Part shown: piece by piece, positions 1 to 13,390 of the stretch
Position numbering within the stretch: the stretch's first letter is position 1
How the letters are laid out: each line of letters begins with the position of its first letter
From: Azolla caroliniana
Lineage: Eukaryota > Plantae > Polypodiophyta
NCBI GenBank assembly: GCA_043228905.1
Contig: JBHGNT010000037.1
Span: 186,001 to 250,000 of the forward strand
Length of the DNA: 64,000 nucleotides
Reading direction: 5' to 3'
Program-made: the position numbers and the translations under genes
Notes under the pieces: generated by a model
What the model was told of the DNA's origin: nothing
What the model saw: the letters and a program-made list of their open reading frames with translations, nothing else
The model's database searches: none

Positions 1-2699
1 GTCGAGAGACATGACGAAATTAACACATTTGAGGAGGGAGTGGAGAAGAGTCCGTTAGGAAATTAAAATGTTCATACCTGGCTCGTGTGATATCAGATTT
101 TTGTGTTCAAACATGCTAGCTATGATATTGAATTGACAAATTATAATTTTAAAACTGAGGACGAGAGACATGAGGAAAGTAACAAATTTGAGGAGGTAGT
201 GGAGAAGAGTACGTCAGTAAATTAAAATGTTCATACCTGGCACGTGTGATATCGGATATTTGTGTTCAAACATGCGAATCGAAGATAACAACGCTAGGTA
301 TGATATAAAATTAAAAAATCGAGATTTTGAAACTTAGGTCGAGAGACATGACGAAATTAACAGTGAGTAAATTAAAATAATCATACCTGGCTCGTGTGAT
401 ATCGGATTTTTGTGTTCAAACATGCGAATCGAAGCTAACAAAGCTAGCTATGATATAGAATTAAAAAATCGAGATTTTGAAACTCAGTTCGAGAGACATG
501 AAAAAATTAACATATTTGAGGAGGGAGTTGAGAAGAGCGAGTGAGTAAATTAAAATGGTCATACCTGGCTCGTGTGATATCGGATTTCTGTGTTCAAACA
601 TGCGAATCGAAGCTAACAAGGCTAGCTATGACATAGAATTAAAAAATCGAGATTTTGAAACTCAGCTCGAGAGACATGAGGAAATTAGCATATTTGAGGA
701 GGGAGTTGAGAAGAGCGAGTGAGTAAATTAAAATGGTCATACCTGGCTCGTGTGATATCGGATTTCTGTGTTCAAACATGCGAATCGAAGCTAACAAGGC
801 TAGCTATGACATAGAATTAAAAAATCGAGATTTTGAAACTCACGTTGAGAGACATGAGGAAATTAGCATGTTGGAGGTAGTGGAGAAGAGTGTGTCAGTA
901 AACTTAAATGTTCATACCTGGCACGTGTGATATCGGATTTCTGTGTTCAAACATGCGAATCGAAGCTAACAACGCTAGCTATGATATTGAATTGGAAATT
1001 CATAATTTTAAAAGTGAGGCCAAGAGACATGACGAAATTAGCAAATTTGAGGAGGTAGTGGAGAAGAGTGCGTCAGTAAATTAAAATGGTCATACGTGGC
1101 TCGTGTGATATCGGATTTCGGTGTTCAAACATGCGAATCGAAGCTAACAAGGCTAGCTATGACATAGAATTAAAAAATCGAGATTTTGAAACTCAGGTCA
1201 AGAGACATGAGGATATTCGCATATTTGAGGAGGGAGTGGAGAAGAGCCAGTGAGTAAATTAAAATAATCATACCTGGCTCGTGTGATATCGGATTTTTGT
1301 GTTCAAACATGCGAACCGAAGCTAACAAAGCTAGCTATGATATAGAATTAAAAAATCGAGATTTTGAAACTCAGGTCGAGAGACATGACGAAATTAACAT
1401 ATTTAAGGAAGGAGTTGAGAAGAGCCAGTGAGTAAATTAAAATGGTCATACCTGGCTCGTGTGATATCGGATTTCTGTGTTCAAACATGCGAATCGAAGC
1501 TAACAAGGCTAGCTATGACATAGAATTAAAAAATCGAGATTTTGAAACTCAGTTCGAGAGACATGAGGAAATTAGCATATTTGAGGAGGGAGTAGAGAAG
1601 AGCCAGTGAGTAAATTAAAATGGTCATACCTGGCTCGTGTGATATCGGATTTTTGTGTTCAAACATGCGAATCGAAGCTAACTACGCTAGCTTTGCTATA
1701 GAATTAAAAAATCAAGATTTTGAAACTCACGTTGAGAGACATGAGGAAATTAGCATGTTGGAGGTAGTGGAGAAGAGTGTGTCAGTAAACTTAAATGTTC
1801 ATACCTGGCACGTGTGATATCGGATTTCTGTGTTCAAACATGCGAATCGAAGCTAACAACGCTAGCTATGATATAGAATTAAAAAATCAAGATTTTGAAA
1901 CTCAAGTCGAGAGACATGACGAAATTAACATATTTGAGGAGGGAGTGGAGAAGAGTGCGTCAGGAAATTAAAATGTTCATACCTGGCTCGTGTGATATCA
2001 GATTTTTGTGTTCAAACATGCGAATCAAAGTTAACCATGCTAGCTATGATATTGAATTGACAAATTATAATTTTAAAACTGAGGCCGAGAGACATGAGGA
2101 AAGTAACAAATTTGAGGAGGTATTGGAGAAGAGTACGTCAGTAAATTAAAATGTTCATACCTGGCACGTGTGATATCGGATATTTGTGTTCAAACATGCG
2201 AATCGAAGATAACAACGCTAGGTATGATATAGAATTAAAAAATCGAGATTTTGAAACTCAGGTCGAGAGACATGACGAAATTAACATATTTAAGGAAGGA
2301 GTTGAGAAGAGCCAGTGAGTAAATTAAAATGGTCATACCTGGCTCGTGTGATATCGGATTTCTGTGTTCAAACATGCGAATCGAAGCTAACAAGGCTAGC
2401 TATGACATAGAATTAAAAAATCGAGATTTTGAAACTCAGTTCGAGAGACATGAGGAAATTAGCATATTTGAGGAGGGAGTAGAGAAGAGCCAGTGAGTAA
2501 ATTAAAATGGTCATACCTGGCTCGTGTGATATCGGATTTTTGTGTTCAAACATGCGAATCGAAGCTAACTACGCTAGCTTTGCTATACAATTAAAAAATC
2601 AAGATTTTGAAACTTACGTTGAGAGACATGAGGAAATTAGCATGTTGGAGGTAGTGGAGAAGAGTGTGTCAGTAAACTTAAATGTTCATACCTGGCACG

Positions 2700-4995
2700 T
2701 GTGATATCGGATTTCTGTGTTCAAACATGCGAATCGAAGTTAACAACGCTAGCTATGATATTGAATTGAAAATTCATAATTTTAAAACTAAGGGCGAGAG
2801 ACATGACGAAATTAGCAAATTTGAGGAGGTAGTGGAGAAGAGTGCGTCAGTAAATTAAAATGGTCATACGTGGCTCGTGTGATATCGGATTTCGGTGTTC
2901 AAACATGTGAATCGAAGCTAACAAGGCTAGCTATGACATAGAATTAAAAAATCGAGATTTTGAAACTCAGTTCGAGAGACATGAAAAAATTAACATATTT
3001 GAGGAGGGAGTTGAGAAGAGCCAGTGAGTAAATTAAAATGGTCATACCTGGCTTGTGTGATATCGGATTTCTGTGTTCAAACATGCGAATCGAAGTTAAC
3101 AACGCTAGCTATGATATTGAATTGAAAATTGAAAATTTTAAAACTGAGCCCGAGAGACATGACGAAATTAGCAAATTTGAGGAGGTAGTGGAGAAGAGTG
3201 CGTCAGTAAATTAAAATGGTCATACGTGGCTCGTGTGATATCGGATTTCTGTGTTCAAACATGCGAATCGAAGCTAACAAGGCTAGCTATGACATAGAAT
3301 TAAAAAATCGAGATTTTGAAACTCAGGTCCAGAGACATGAGGAAATTCGCATATTTCAGGAGGGAGTGGAGAAGAGCCAGTGAGTAAATTAAAATAGTCA
3401 TACCTGGCTCGTGTGATATCGGATATTTGTGTTCAAACATGCGAATCGAAGCTAAAAAAGCTAGCTATGATATAGAATTAAAAAATCGAGATTTTGAAAC
3501 TCAGGTCGAGAGACATGACGAAATTAGCATATTTGAGGAGGGCGTTGAGAAGAGCGTGTGAGTAAATTAAAATGGTCATACCTGGCTCGTGTGATATCGG
3601 ATTTCTGTGTTCAAACATGCGAATCGAAGCTAACAAAGCTAGCTATGATATAGAATTAAAAAATCGAGATTTTGAAACTCAGTTCGAGAGACATGAAAAA
3701 ATTAACATATTTGAGGAGGGAGTTGAGAAGAGCCAGTGAGTAAATTAAAATGGTCATACCTGGCTCGTTTGATATCGGATTTCTGTGTTCAAACATGCGA
3801 ATCGAAGTTAACAACGCTAGCTATGATATTGAATTGAAAATTCATAATTTTAAAACTGAGGCCGAGAGACATGATGAAATTAGCAAATTTGAGGAGGTAG
3901 TGGAGAAGAGTGCGTCAGTAAATTAAAATGGTCATACGTGGCTCGTGTGATATCGGATTTCGGTGTTCAAACATGCGAATCGAAGCTAACAAGGCTAGCT
4001 ATGACATAGAATTAAAAAATCGAGATTTTGAAACTCAGGTCAAGAGACATGAGGAAATTCGCATATTTGAGGAGGGAGTGGAGAAGAGCCAGTGAGTAAA
4101 TTAAAATAATCATACCTGGCTCGTGTGATATCGGATTTTTGTGTTCAAACATGCGAACCGAAGCTAACAAAGCTAGCTATGATATAGAATTAAAAAATCG
4201 AGATTTTGAAACTGAGGTCGAGAGACATGACGAAATTAACATATTTAAGGAAGGAGTTGAGAAGAGCCAGTGAGTAAATTAAAATGGTCATACCTGGCTC
4301 GTGTGATATCGGATTTCTGTGTTCAAACATGCGAATCGAGGTTAACAACGCTAGCTATGATATTGAATTGAAAAATTAGAATTTTAAAACTGAGCCCGAG
4401 AGACATGAGGAAATTAGCAAATTTGAGGAGGTAGTGGAGAAGAGTGTGTGAGTAAATTAAAATGTTCATACCTGGCACGTGTGATATCGGATTTCTGTGT
4501 TCAAACATGCGAATCGAAGCTAACAACGCTAGCTATGATATAGAATTAAAAAATCAAGATTTTGAAACTGACGTCGAAAGACATGAGGAAATTAGCATGT
4601 TGGAGGAGGGAGTCGAGAAGAGTGCGTCAGTAAATTAAAATGTTCATACCTCGCTCGTGTGATATCAGATTTTTGTGTTCAAACATGCGAATCAAAGTTA
4701 ACCATGCTAGCTATGATATTGAATTGACAAATTATAATTTTAAAATTGAGGCCGAGAGACATGAGGAAAGTAACAAATTTGAGGAGGTAGTGGAGAAGAG
4801 TACGTCAGTAAATTAAAATGTTCATACCTGGCACGTGTGATATCGGATATTTGTGTTCAAACATGCGAATCGAAGATAACAACGCTAGCTATGATATAGA
4901 ATTAAAAAATCGAGATTTTGAAACTTAGGTCGAGAGACATGACGAAATTAACATATTTAAGGAGGGAGTTGAGAAGAGCCAGTGAGTAAATTAAA
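2700..4995. repeat. ~13-monomer block, copy 1 (copy 2 at ~7649-9944)
   Basis: Rare variants (aagggcgag, ggcttgtg, tttcagg, gggcgttg, ctcgtttg, gagcccgag, cctcgctc) recur in the same order at +4949 bp = 28 x 178 - 35 (17+17+1 bp deletions in between). ORFs 4323 and 9272 are identical. Confidence 0.9.
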
Positions 4996-5696
4996 ATGGT
5001 CATACCTGGCTCGTGTGATATCGGATTTCTGTGTTCAAACATGCGAATCGAAGCTAACAAGGCTAGCTATGATATAGAATTAAAAATCGAGATTTTGAAA
5101 CGAAAGTCGAGAGACATGAGGAAATTAGCATATTTGAGGAGGGAGTTGAGAAGAGCCAGTGAGTAAATTAAAATGGTCATACCTGGCTCGTGTGATATCG
5201 GATTTCTGTGTTCAAACATGCGAATCGAGGTTAACAACGCTAGCTATGATATTGAATTGAAAAATTAGAATTTTAAAACTGAGGCCGAGAGACATGAGGA
5301 AATTAGCAAATTTGAGGAGGTAGTGGAGAAGAGTGTGTCAGTAAATTAAAATGTTCATACCTGGCACGTGTGATATCGGATTTATGTGTTCAAACATGCG
5401 ACTCGAAGATAACAACGCTAGCTATGATATAGAATTAGAAGATCGAGATTTTGAAACTCAGGTCGAGAGACATGAAGAAATTAGCATATTTAAGGAGGGA
5501 GTTGAGAAGAGCCAGTGAGTAAATTAAAATGGTCATGCCTGGCTCGTGTGATATCGGATTTCTGTGTTCAAACATGCGAATCGAAGCTAACAAGGCTAGC
5601 TATGATATAGAATTAAAAAATCAAGATTTTGAAACTGACGTCGAAAGATATGAGGAAATTAGCATGTTGGAGGAGGGAGTTGAGAAGAGCGAGTGA

Positions 5697-6366
5697 GTAA
5701 ATTAAAATGGTCATACCTGGCTCGTGTGATATCAGATTTTTGTGTTCAAACATGCGAATCAAAGTTAACCATGCTAGCTATGATATAGAATTGACAAATT
5801 ATAATTTTAAAACTGAGGCCGAGAGACATGAGGAAAGTAACAAATTTGAGGAGGTAGTGGAGAAGAGTACGTCATACCTGGCTCGTGTGATATCGTATTT
5901 CTGTGTTCAAACATGCGAATCGAAACTAACAAGGCTAGCTATGATATAGAATTAAAAAATCGTGATTTTGAAACTCAGGTCGAGAGACATGAGGAAATTA
6001 GCATATTTGAGGAGGGAGTTGAGAAGAGTGCGTCAGTAAATTAAAATGGTCATACCTGGCTCGTGTGATATCAGATTTTTGTGTTCAAACATGCGAATCA
6101 AAGTTAACCATGCTAGCTACGATATTGAATTGACAAATTATAATTTTAAAACTGAGGCCGAGAGACATGAGGAAAGTAACAAATTTGAGGAGGTAGTGGA
6201 GAAGAGTACGTCATACCTGGCTCGTGTGATATCGTATTTCTGTGTTCAAACATGCGAATCGAAACTAACAAGGCTAGCTATGATATAGAATTAAAAAATC
6301 GTGATTTTGAAACTCAGGTCGAGAGACATGAGGAAATTAGCATATTTGAGGAGGGAGTTGAGAAGA
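5697..6366. repeat. Tandem duplication of a 339-bp dimer carrying a 17-bp deletion
   Basis: Junction gagtacgtcatacctgg at 5871 and 6210 (spacing 339 = 2 x 178 - 17). Private variant atcgtatttc is in both copies. ORFs 5707 and 6046 are identical. Confidence 0.93.
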
Positions 6367-7648
6367 GCCAGTGAGTAAATTAAAATGGTCATACCTGGCT
6401 CGTGTGATATCTGATTTCTGTGTTCAAACATGCAAATCGAAGCTAACGAGGCTAGCTATGATATAGAATTAAAAAATCGAGATTTTGAAACTCAGGTCGA
6501 GAGACATGAGGAAATTAGCATATTTGAGGAGGGAGTTGAGAAGAGCGAGTGAGTAAATTAAAATGGTCATACCTGGCTCGTGTAATATCGGATTATTGTG
6601 TTCAAACATGCGAATCGAAGCTAACAACGCTAGCTTTGATATAGAATTTAAAAATCAATATTTTGAAACTCACGTCGAAAGACATGCCGAAATTAGCATA
6701 TTTGAGGAGGGAGTTGAGAAGAGCCAGTGAGTAAATTAAAACGGTCATACCTGGCTCGTGTGATATCGGATTTCTGTGTTCAAACATGCGAATGGAAGCT
6801 AACAAGGCTAGCTATGACATAGAATTAAAAAATCGAGATTTTGAAACTCAGTTCGAGAGACATCAGGAAATTAGCATATTTGAGGAGGGAGTAGAGAAGA
6901 GCCAGTGAGTAAATTAAAATGGTCATACCTGGCTCGTGTGATATCGGATTTTTGTGTTCAAACATGCGAATCGAAGCTAACTACGCTAGCTTTGATATAG
7001 AATTAAAAAATCAAGATTTTGAAACTCACGTCGAGAGACATGAGGAAATTAGCATGTTGGAGGAGGGAGTTGAGAAGAGCGAGTGAGTAAATTAAAATGG
7101 TCACACCTGGCTCGTGTGATATCGGATTTCTGTGTTCAAACATGCGAATCGAAGCTAACAAGGCTCGCTATGATATAGAATTAAAAAATCGAGATTTTGA
7201 AACTCAGTTCGAGAGACATGAAAAAATTAACATATTTGAGGAGGGAGTTGAGAAGAGCCAGTGAGTAAATTAAAATGGTCATACCTGGCTCGTGTGATAT
7301 CCGATTTTTGTGTTCAAACATGCGAATCGAAGCTAAAAAAGCTAGCTATGATATAGAATTAAAAAATCGAGATTTTGAAACTCAGGTCGAGAGACATGAC
7401 GAAATTAGCATATTTGAGGAGGGCGTTGAGAAGAGCGTGTGAGTAAATTAAAATGGTCATATCTGGCTCGTGTGATATCGGATTTCTGTGTTCAAACATG
7501 CGAATCGAAGCTAACAAGGCTAGCTATGATATAGAATTAAAAAATAGAGATTTTGAAACTCAGTTCGAGAGACATGAAAAAATTAACATATTTGAGGAGG
7601 GAGTTGAGAAGAGCCAATGAGTAAATTAAAATGGTCATACCTGGCTCG

Positions 7649-9944
7649 TGTGATATCGGATTTCTGTGTTCAAACATGCGAATCGAAGTTAACAACGCTA
7701 GCTATGATATTGAATTGAAAATTCATAATTTTAAAACTAAGGGCGAGAGACATGACGAAATTAGCAAATTTGAGGAGGTAGTGGAGAAGAGTGCGTCAGT
7801 AAATTAAAATGGTCATACGTGGCTCGTGTGATATCGGATTTCGGTGTTCAAACATGTGAATCGAAGCTAACAAGGCTAGCTATGACATAGAATTAAAAAA
7901 TCGAGATTTTGAAACTCAATTCGAGAGACATGAAAAAATTAACATATTTGAGGAGGGAGTTGAGAAGAGCCAGTGACTAAATTAAAATGGTCATACCTGG
8001 CTTGTGTGATATCGGATTTCTGTGTTCAAACATGCGAATCGAAGTTAACAACGCTAGCTATGATATTGAATTGAAAATTGAAAATTTTAAAACTGAGCCC
8101 GAGAGACATGACGAAATTAGCAAATTTGAGGAGGTAGTGGAGAAGAGTGCGTCAGTAAATTAAAATGGTCATACGTGGCTCATGTGATATCGGATTTCTG
8201 TGTTCAAACATGCGAATCGAAGCTAACAAGGCTAGCTATGACATAGAATTAAAAAATCGAGATTTTGAAACTCAGGTCCAGAGACATGAGGAAATTCGCA
8301 TATTTCAGGAGGGAGTGGAGAAGAGCCAGTGAGTAAATTAAAATAGTCATACCTGGCTCGTGTGATATCGGATATTTGTGTTCAAACATGCGAATCGAAG
8401 CTAAAAAAGCTAGCTATGATATAGAATTAAAAAATCGAGATTTTGAAACTCAGGTCGAGAGACATGACGAAATTAGCATATTTGAGGAGGGCGTTGAGAA
8501 GAGCGTGTGAGTAAATTAAAATGGTCATACCTGGCTCGTGTGATATCGGATTTCTGTGTTCAAACATGCGAATCGAAGCTAACAAGGCTAGCTATGATAT
8601 AGAATTAAAAAATCGAGATTTTGAAACTCAGTTCGAGAGAAATGAAAAAATTAACATATTTGAGGAGGGAGTTGAGAAGAGCCAGTGAGTAAATTAAAAT
8701 GGTCATACCTGGCTCGTTTGATATCGGATTTCTGTGTTCAAACATGCGAATCGAAGTTAACAACGCTAGCTATGATATTGAATTGAAAATTCATAATTTT
8801 AAAACTGAGGCCGAGAGACATGACGAAATTAGCAAATTTGAGGAGGTAGTGGAGAAGAGTGCGTCAGTAAATTAAAATGGTCATACGTGGCTCGTGTGAT
8901 ATCGGATTTCGGTGTTCAAACATGCGAATCGAAGCTAACAAGGCTAGCTATGACATAGAATTAAAAAATCGAGATTTTGAAACTCAGGTCAAGAGACATG
9001 AGGAAATTCGCATATTTGAGGAGGGAGTGGAGAAGAGCCAGTGAGTAAATTAAAATAATCATACCTGGCTCGTGTGATATCGGATTTTTGTGTTCAAACA
9101 TGCGAACCGAAGCTAACAAAGCTAGCTATGATATAGAATTAAAAAATCGAGATTTTGAAACGAAAGTCGAGAGACATGACGAAATTAACATATTTAAGGA
9201 AGGAGTTGAGAAGAGCCAGTGAGTAAATTAAAATGGTCATACCTGGCTCGTGTGATATCGGATTTCTGTGTTCAAACATGCGAATCGAGGTTAACAACGC
9301 TAGCTATGATATTGAATTGAAAAATTAGAATTTTAAAACTGAGCCCGAGAGACATGAGGAAATTAGCAAATTTGAGGAGGTAGTGGAGAAGAGTGTGTGA
9401 GTAAATTAAAATGTTCATACCTGGCACGTGTGATATCGGATTTCTGTGTTCAAACATGCGAATCGAAGCTAACAACGCTAGCTATGATATAGAATTAAAA
9501 AATCAAGATTTTGAAACTGACGTCGAAAGACATGAGGAAATTAGCATGTTGGAGGAGGGAGTCGAGAAGAGTGCGTCAGTAAATTAAAATGTTCATACCT
9601 CGCTCGTGTGATATCAGATTTTTGTGTTCAAACATGCGAATCAAAGTTAACCATGCTAGCTATGATATTGAATTGACAAATTATAATTTTAAAACTGAGG
9701 CCGAGAGACATGAGGAAAGTAACAAATTTGAGGAGGTAGTGGAGAAGAGTACGTCAGTAAATTAAAATGTTCATACCTGGCACGTGTGATATCGGATATT
9801 TGTGTTCAAACATGCGAATCGAAGATAACAACGCTAGGTATGATATAGAATTAAAAAATCGAGATTTTGAAACTTAGGTCGAGAGACATGACGAAATTAA
9901 CATATTTAAGGAGGGAGTTGAGAAGAGCCAGTGAGTAAATTAAA
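7649..9944. repeat. ~13-monomer block, copy 2 (of ~2700-4995)
   Basis: Colinear shared rare variants at offset 4949 bp, with a few substitutions between the copies. Confidence 0.9.
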
Positions 9945-10554
9945 ATGTTCATACCTGGCTCGTGTGATATCGGATTTTTGTGTTCAAACATGCGAATCGA
10001 AGCTAACAACGCTAGCTATGATATAGAATTAAAAAATCGAGATTTTGAAACTCAGGTCGAGAGACATGAGGAATTTAACATATTTGAGGAGGGAGTTGAG
10101 AAGAGCCAGTGAGTAAATTAAAATGGTCATACCTGGCTCGTGTGATATCGGATTTCTGTGTTCAAACATGCGACTCGAAGATAACAACGCTAGCTATGAC
10201 ATAGAATTAAAAGATCGAGATTTTGAAACTCAGTTCGAGAGACATGAGGAAATTAGCATATTTGAGGAGGGAGTAGAGAAGAGCCAGTGAGTAAATTAAA
10301 ATGTTCATACCTGGCTCGTGTGATATCGGATTTTTGTGTTCAAACATGCGAATCGAAGCTAACAACGCTAGCTATGATATAGAATTAAAAAATCGAGATT
10401 TTGAAACTCAGGTCGAGAGACATGAGGAAATTAGCATATTTGAGGAGGGAGTTGAGAAGTGCCAGTGTGTAAATTAAAATGGTCATAGCTGGCTCGTGTG
10501 ATAGCGGATTTATGTGTTCAAACATGCGACTCGAAGATAACAACGCTAGCTAGG

Positions 10555-13390
10555 ACATAGAATTAAAAAATCAAGATTTTGAAACTCAGGTCGAGAGACA
10601 TGACGAAATTAACATATTTAAGGAAGGAGTTGAGAAGAGCCAGTGAGTAAATTAAAATGGTCATACCTGGCTCGTGTGATATCGGATTTCTGTGTTCAAA
10701 CATGCGAATCGAGGTTAACAATGCTAGCTATGATATTGAATTGAAAAATTAGAATTTTAAAACTGAGGCCGAGAGACATGAGGAAATTAGCAAATTTGAG
10801 GAGGTAGTGGAGAAGAGTGTGTCAGTAAATTAAAATGTTCATACCTGGCACGTGTGATATCGGATTTCTGTGTTCAAACATGCGAATCGAAGCTAACAAC
10901 GCTAGCTATGATATAGAATTAAAAAATCAAGATTTTGAAACTCAGGTCGAGAGACATGACGAAATTAACACATTTGAGGAGGGAGTGGAGAAGAGTGCGT
11001 CAGGAAATTAAAATGTTCATACCTGGCTCGTGTGATATCAGATTTTTGTTTTCAAACATGCGAATCAAAGTTAACCATGCTAGCTATGATATTGAATTGA
11101 CAAATTATAATTTTAAAACTGAGGCCGAGAGACATGAGGAAAGTAACAAATTTGAGGAGGTAGTGGAGAAGAGTACGTCAGTAAATTAAAATGTTCATAC
11201 CCGGCACGTGTGATATCGGATAATTGTGTTCAAACATGCGAATCGAAGATAACAACGCTAGGTATGATATAGAATTAAAAAATCGAGATTTTGAAACTTA
11301 GGTCGAGAGACATGACGAAATTAACATATTTAAGGAGGGAGTTGAGAAGAGCCAGTGAGTAAATTAAAATGTTCATACCTGGCTCGTGTGATATCGGATT
11401 TTTGTGTTCAAACATGCGAATCGAAGCTAACAACGCTAGCTATGATATAGAATTAAAAAATCGAGATTTTGAAACTCAGGTCGAGAGACATGAGGAAATT
11501 AGCATATTTGAGGAGGGAGTTGAGAAGTGCCAGTGTGTAAATTAAAATGGTCATAGCTGGCTCGTGTGATATCGGATTTATGTGTTCAAACATGCGACTC
11601 GAAGATAACAACCCTAGCTATGACATAGAATTAAGAGATCGAGATTTTGAAACTCAGGTCGAGAGACATGACAAAATTAACATATTTAAGGAGGGAGTTG
11701 AGAAGAGCCAGTGAGTAAATTAAAATGTTCATACCTGGCTCGTGTGATATCGGATTTTTGTGTTCAAACATTCGAATCGAAGCTAACAACGCTAGCTATG
11801 ATATAGAATTAAAAAATCGAGATTTTGAAACTCAGGTCGAGAGACATGAGGAAATTAGCATATTTGAGGAGGGAGTTGAGAAGTGCCAGTGTGTAAATTA
11901 AAATGGTCATACGTGGCTCGTGTGATATCGGATTTATGTGTTCAAACATGCGACTCGAAGATAACAACGCTAGCTAGGACATAGAATTAAAAAATCAAGA
12001 TTTTGAAACTCAGGTCGAGAGACATGACGAAATTAACATATTTAAGGAAGGAGTTGAGAAGAGCCAGTGAGTAAATTAAAATGGTCATACCTGGCTCGTG
12101 TGATATCGGATTTCTGTGTTCAAACATGCGAATCGAAGCTAACAAGGCTAGCTATGACATAGAATTAAAAAATCAAGATTTTGAAACTCAGGTCGAGAGA
12201 CATGACGAAATTAACATATTTAAGGAAGGAGTTGAGAAGAGCCAGTGACTAAATTAAAATGGTCATACCTGGCTCGTGTGATATCGGATTTCTGTGTTCA
12301 AACATGCGAATCGAGGTTAACAACGCTAGCTATGATATTGAATTGAAAAATTAGAATTTTAAAACTGAGGCCGAGAGACATGAGGAAATTAGCAAATTTG
12401 AGGAGGTAGTGGAGAAGAGTGTGTCAGTAAATTAAAATGTTCATACCTGGCACGTGTGATATCGGATTTCTGTGTTCAAACATGCGAATCGAAGCTAACA
12501 ACGCTAGCTATGATATAGAATTAAAAAATCAAGATTTTGAAACTCAGGTCGAGAGACATGACGAAATTAACACATTTGAGGAGGGAGTGGAGAAGAGTGC
12601 GTCAGGAAATTAAAATGTTCATACCTGGCTCGTGTGATATCAGATTTTTGTGTTCAAACATGCGAATCAAAGTTAACCATGCTAGCTATGATATTGAATT
12701 GACAAATTATAATTTTAAAACTGAGGCCGAGAGACATGAGGAAAGTAACAAATTTGAGGAGGTAGTGGAGAAGAGTACGTCAGTAAATTAAAATGTTCAT
12801 ACCTGGCACGTGTGATATCGGATATTTGTGTTCAAACATGCGAATCGAAGATAACAACGCTAGGTATGATATAGAATTAAAAAATCGAGATTTTGAAACT
12901 TAGGTCGAGAGACATGATGAAATTAACATATTTAAGGAGGGAGTTGAGAAGAGCCAGTGAGTAAATTAAAATGTTCATACCTGGCTCGTGTGATATCAGA
13001 TTTTTGTGTTCAAACATGCGAATCGAAGCTAACAACGCTAGCTATGATATAGAATTAAAAAATCGAGATTTTGAAACTCAGGTCGAGAGACATGAGGAAA
13101 TTAGCATATTTGAGGAGGGAGTTGAGAAGTGCCAGTGTGTAAATTAAAATGGTCATAGCTGGCTCGTGTGATATCGGATTTATGTGTTCAAACATGCGAC
13201 TCGAAGATAACAACGCTAGCTATGACATAGAATTAAGAGATCGAGATTTTGAAACTCAGGTCGAGAGACATGACAAAATTAACATATTTAAGGAGGGAGT
13301 TGAGAAGAGCCAGTGAGTAAATTAAAATGTTCATACCTGGCTCGTGTGATATCGGATTTTTGTGTTCAAACATTCGAATCGAAGCTAACA
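10555..13390. repeat. ~7-monomer block repeated at 9-mer spacing (1602 bp): ~10555-11788 and ~12157-13390
   Basis: cattcgaatc at 11769 and 13371; ttaagagatc and aacacatttg also shared. ORFs 10935 and 12537 are 1602 bp apart. Confidence 0.88.

Larger units (their letters stand above)
1..12800. repeat. Diverged satellite domain containing a second monomer subfamily ('B-type': attgaattg…ttttaaaactgaggcc…caaatttgaggaggtagtggagaagagtg/tacgtcagt)
   Basis: About 20 monomers carry this linked variant set (e.g. near 127, 986, 2050, 2760, 3116, 3828, 4362, 4718, 5251, 7709, 10735, 11091, 12337, 12693). The last gtagtggag of the domain is at ~12762. Confidence 0.9.

Noticed and set aside
238-250. G-box (cacgtg) and TGACG motifs as regulatory sites; gaggagg as a Shine-Dalgarno sequence
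   Set aside because: These are short motifs inside a satellite with no associated gene, so the sequence gives no support for function.
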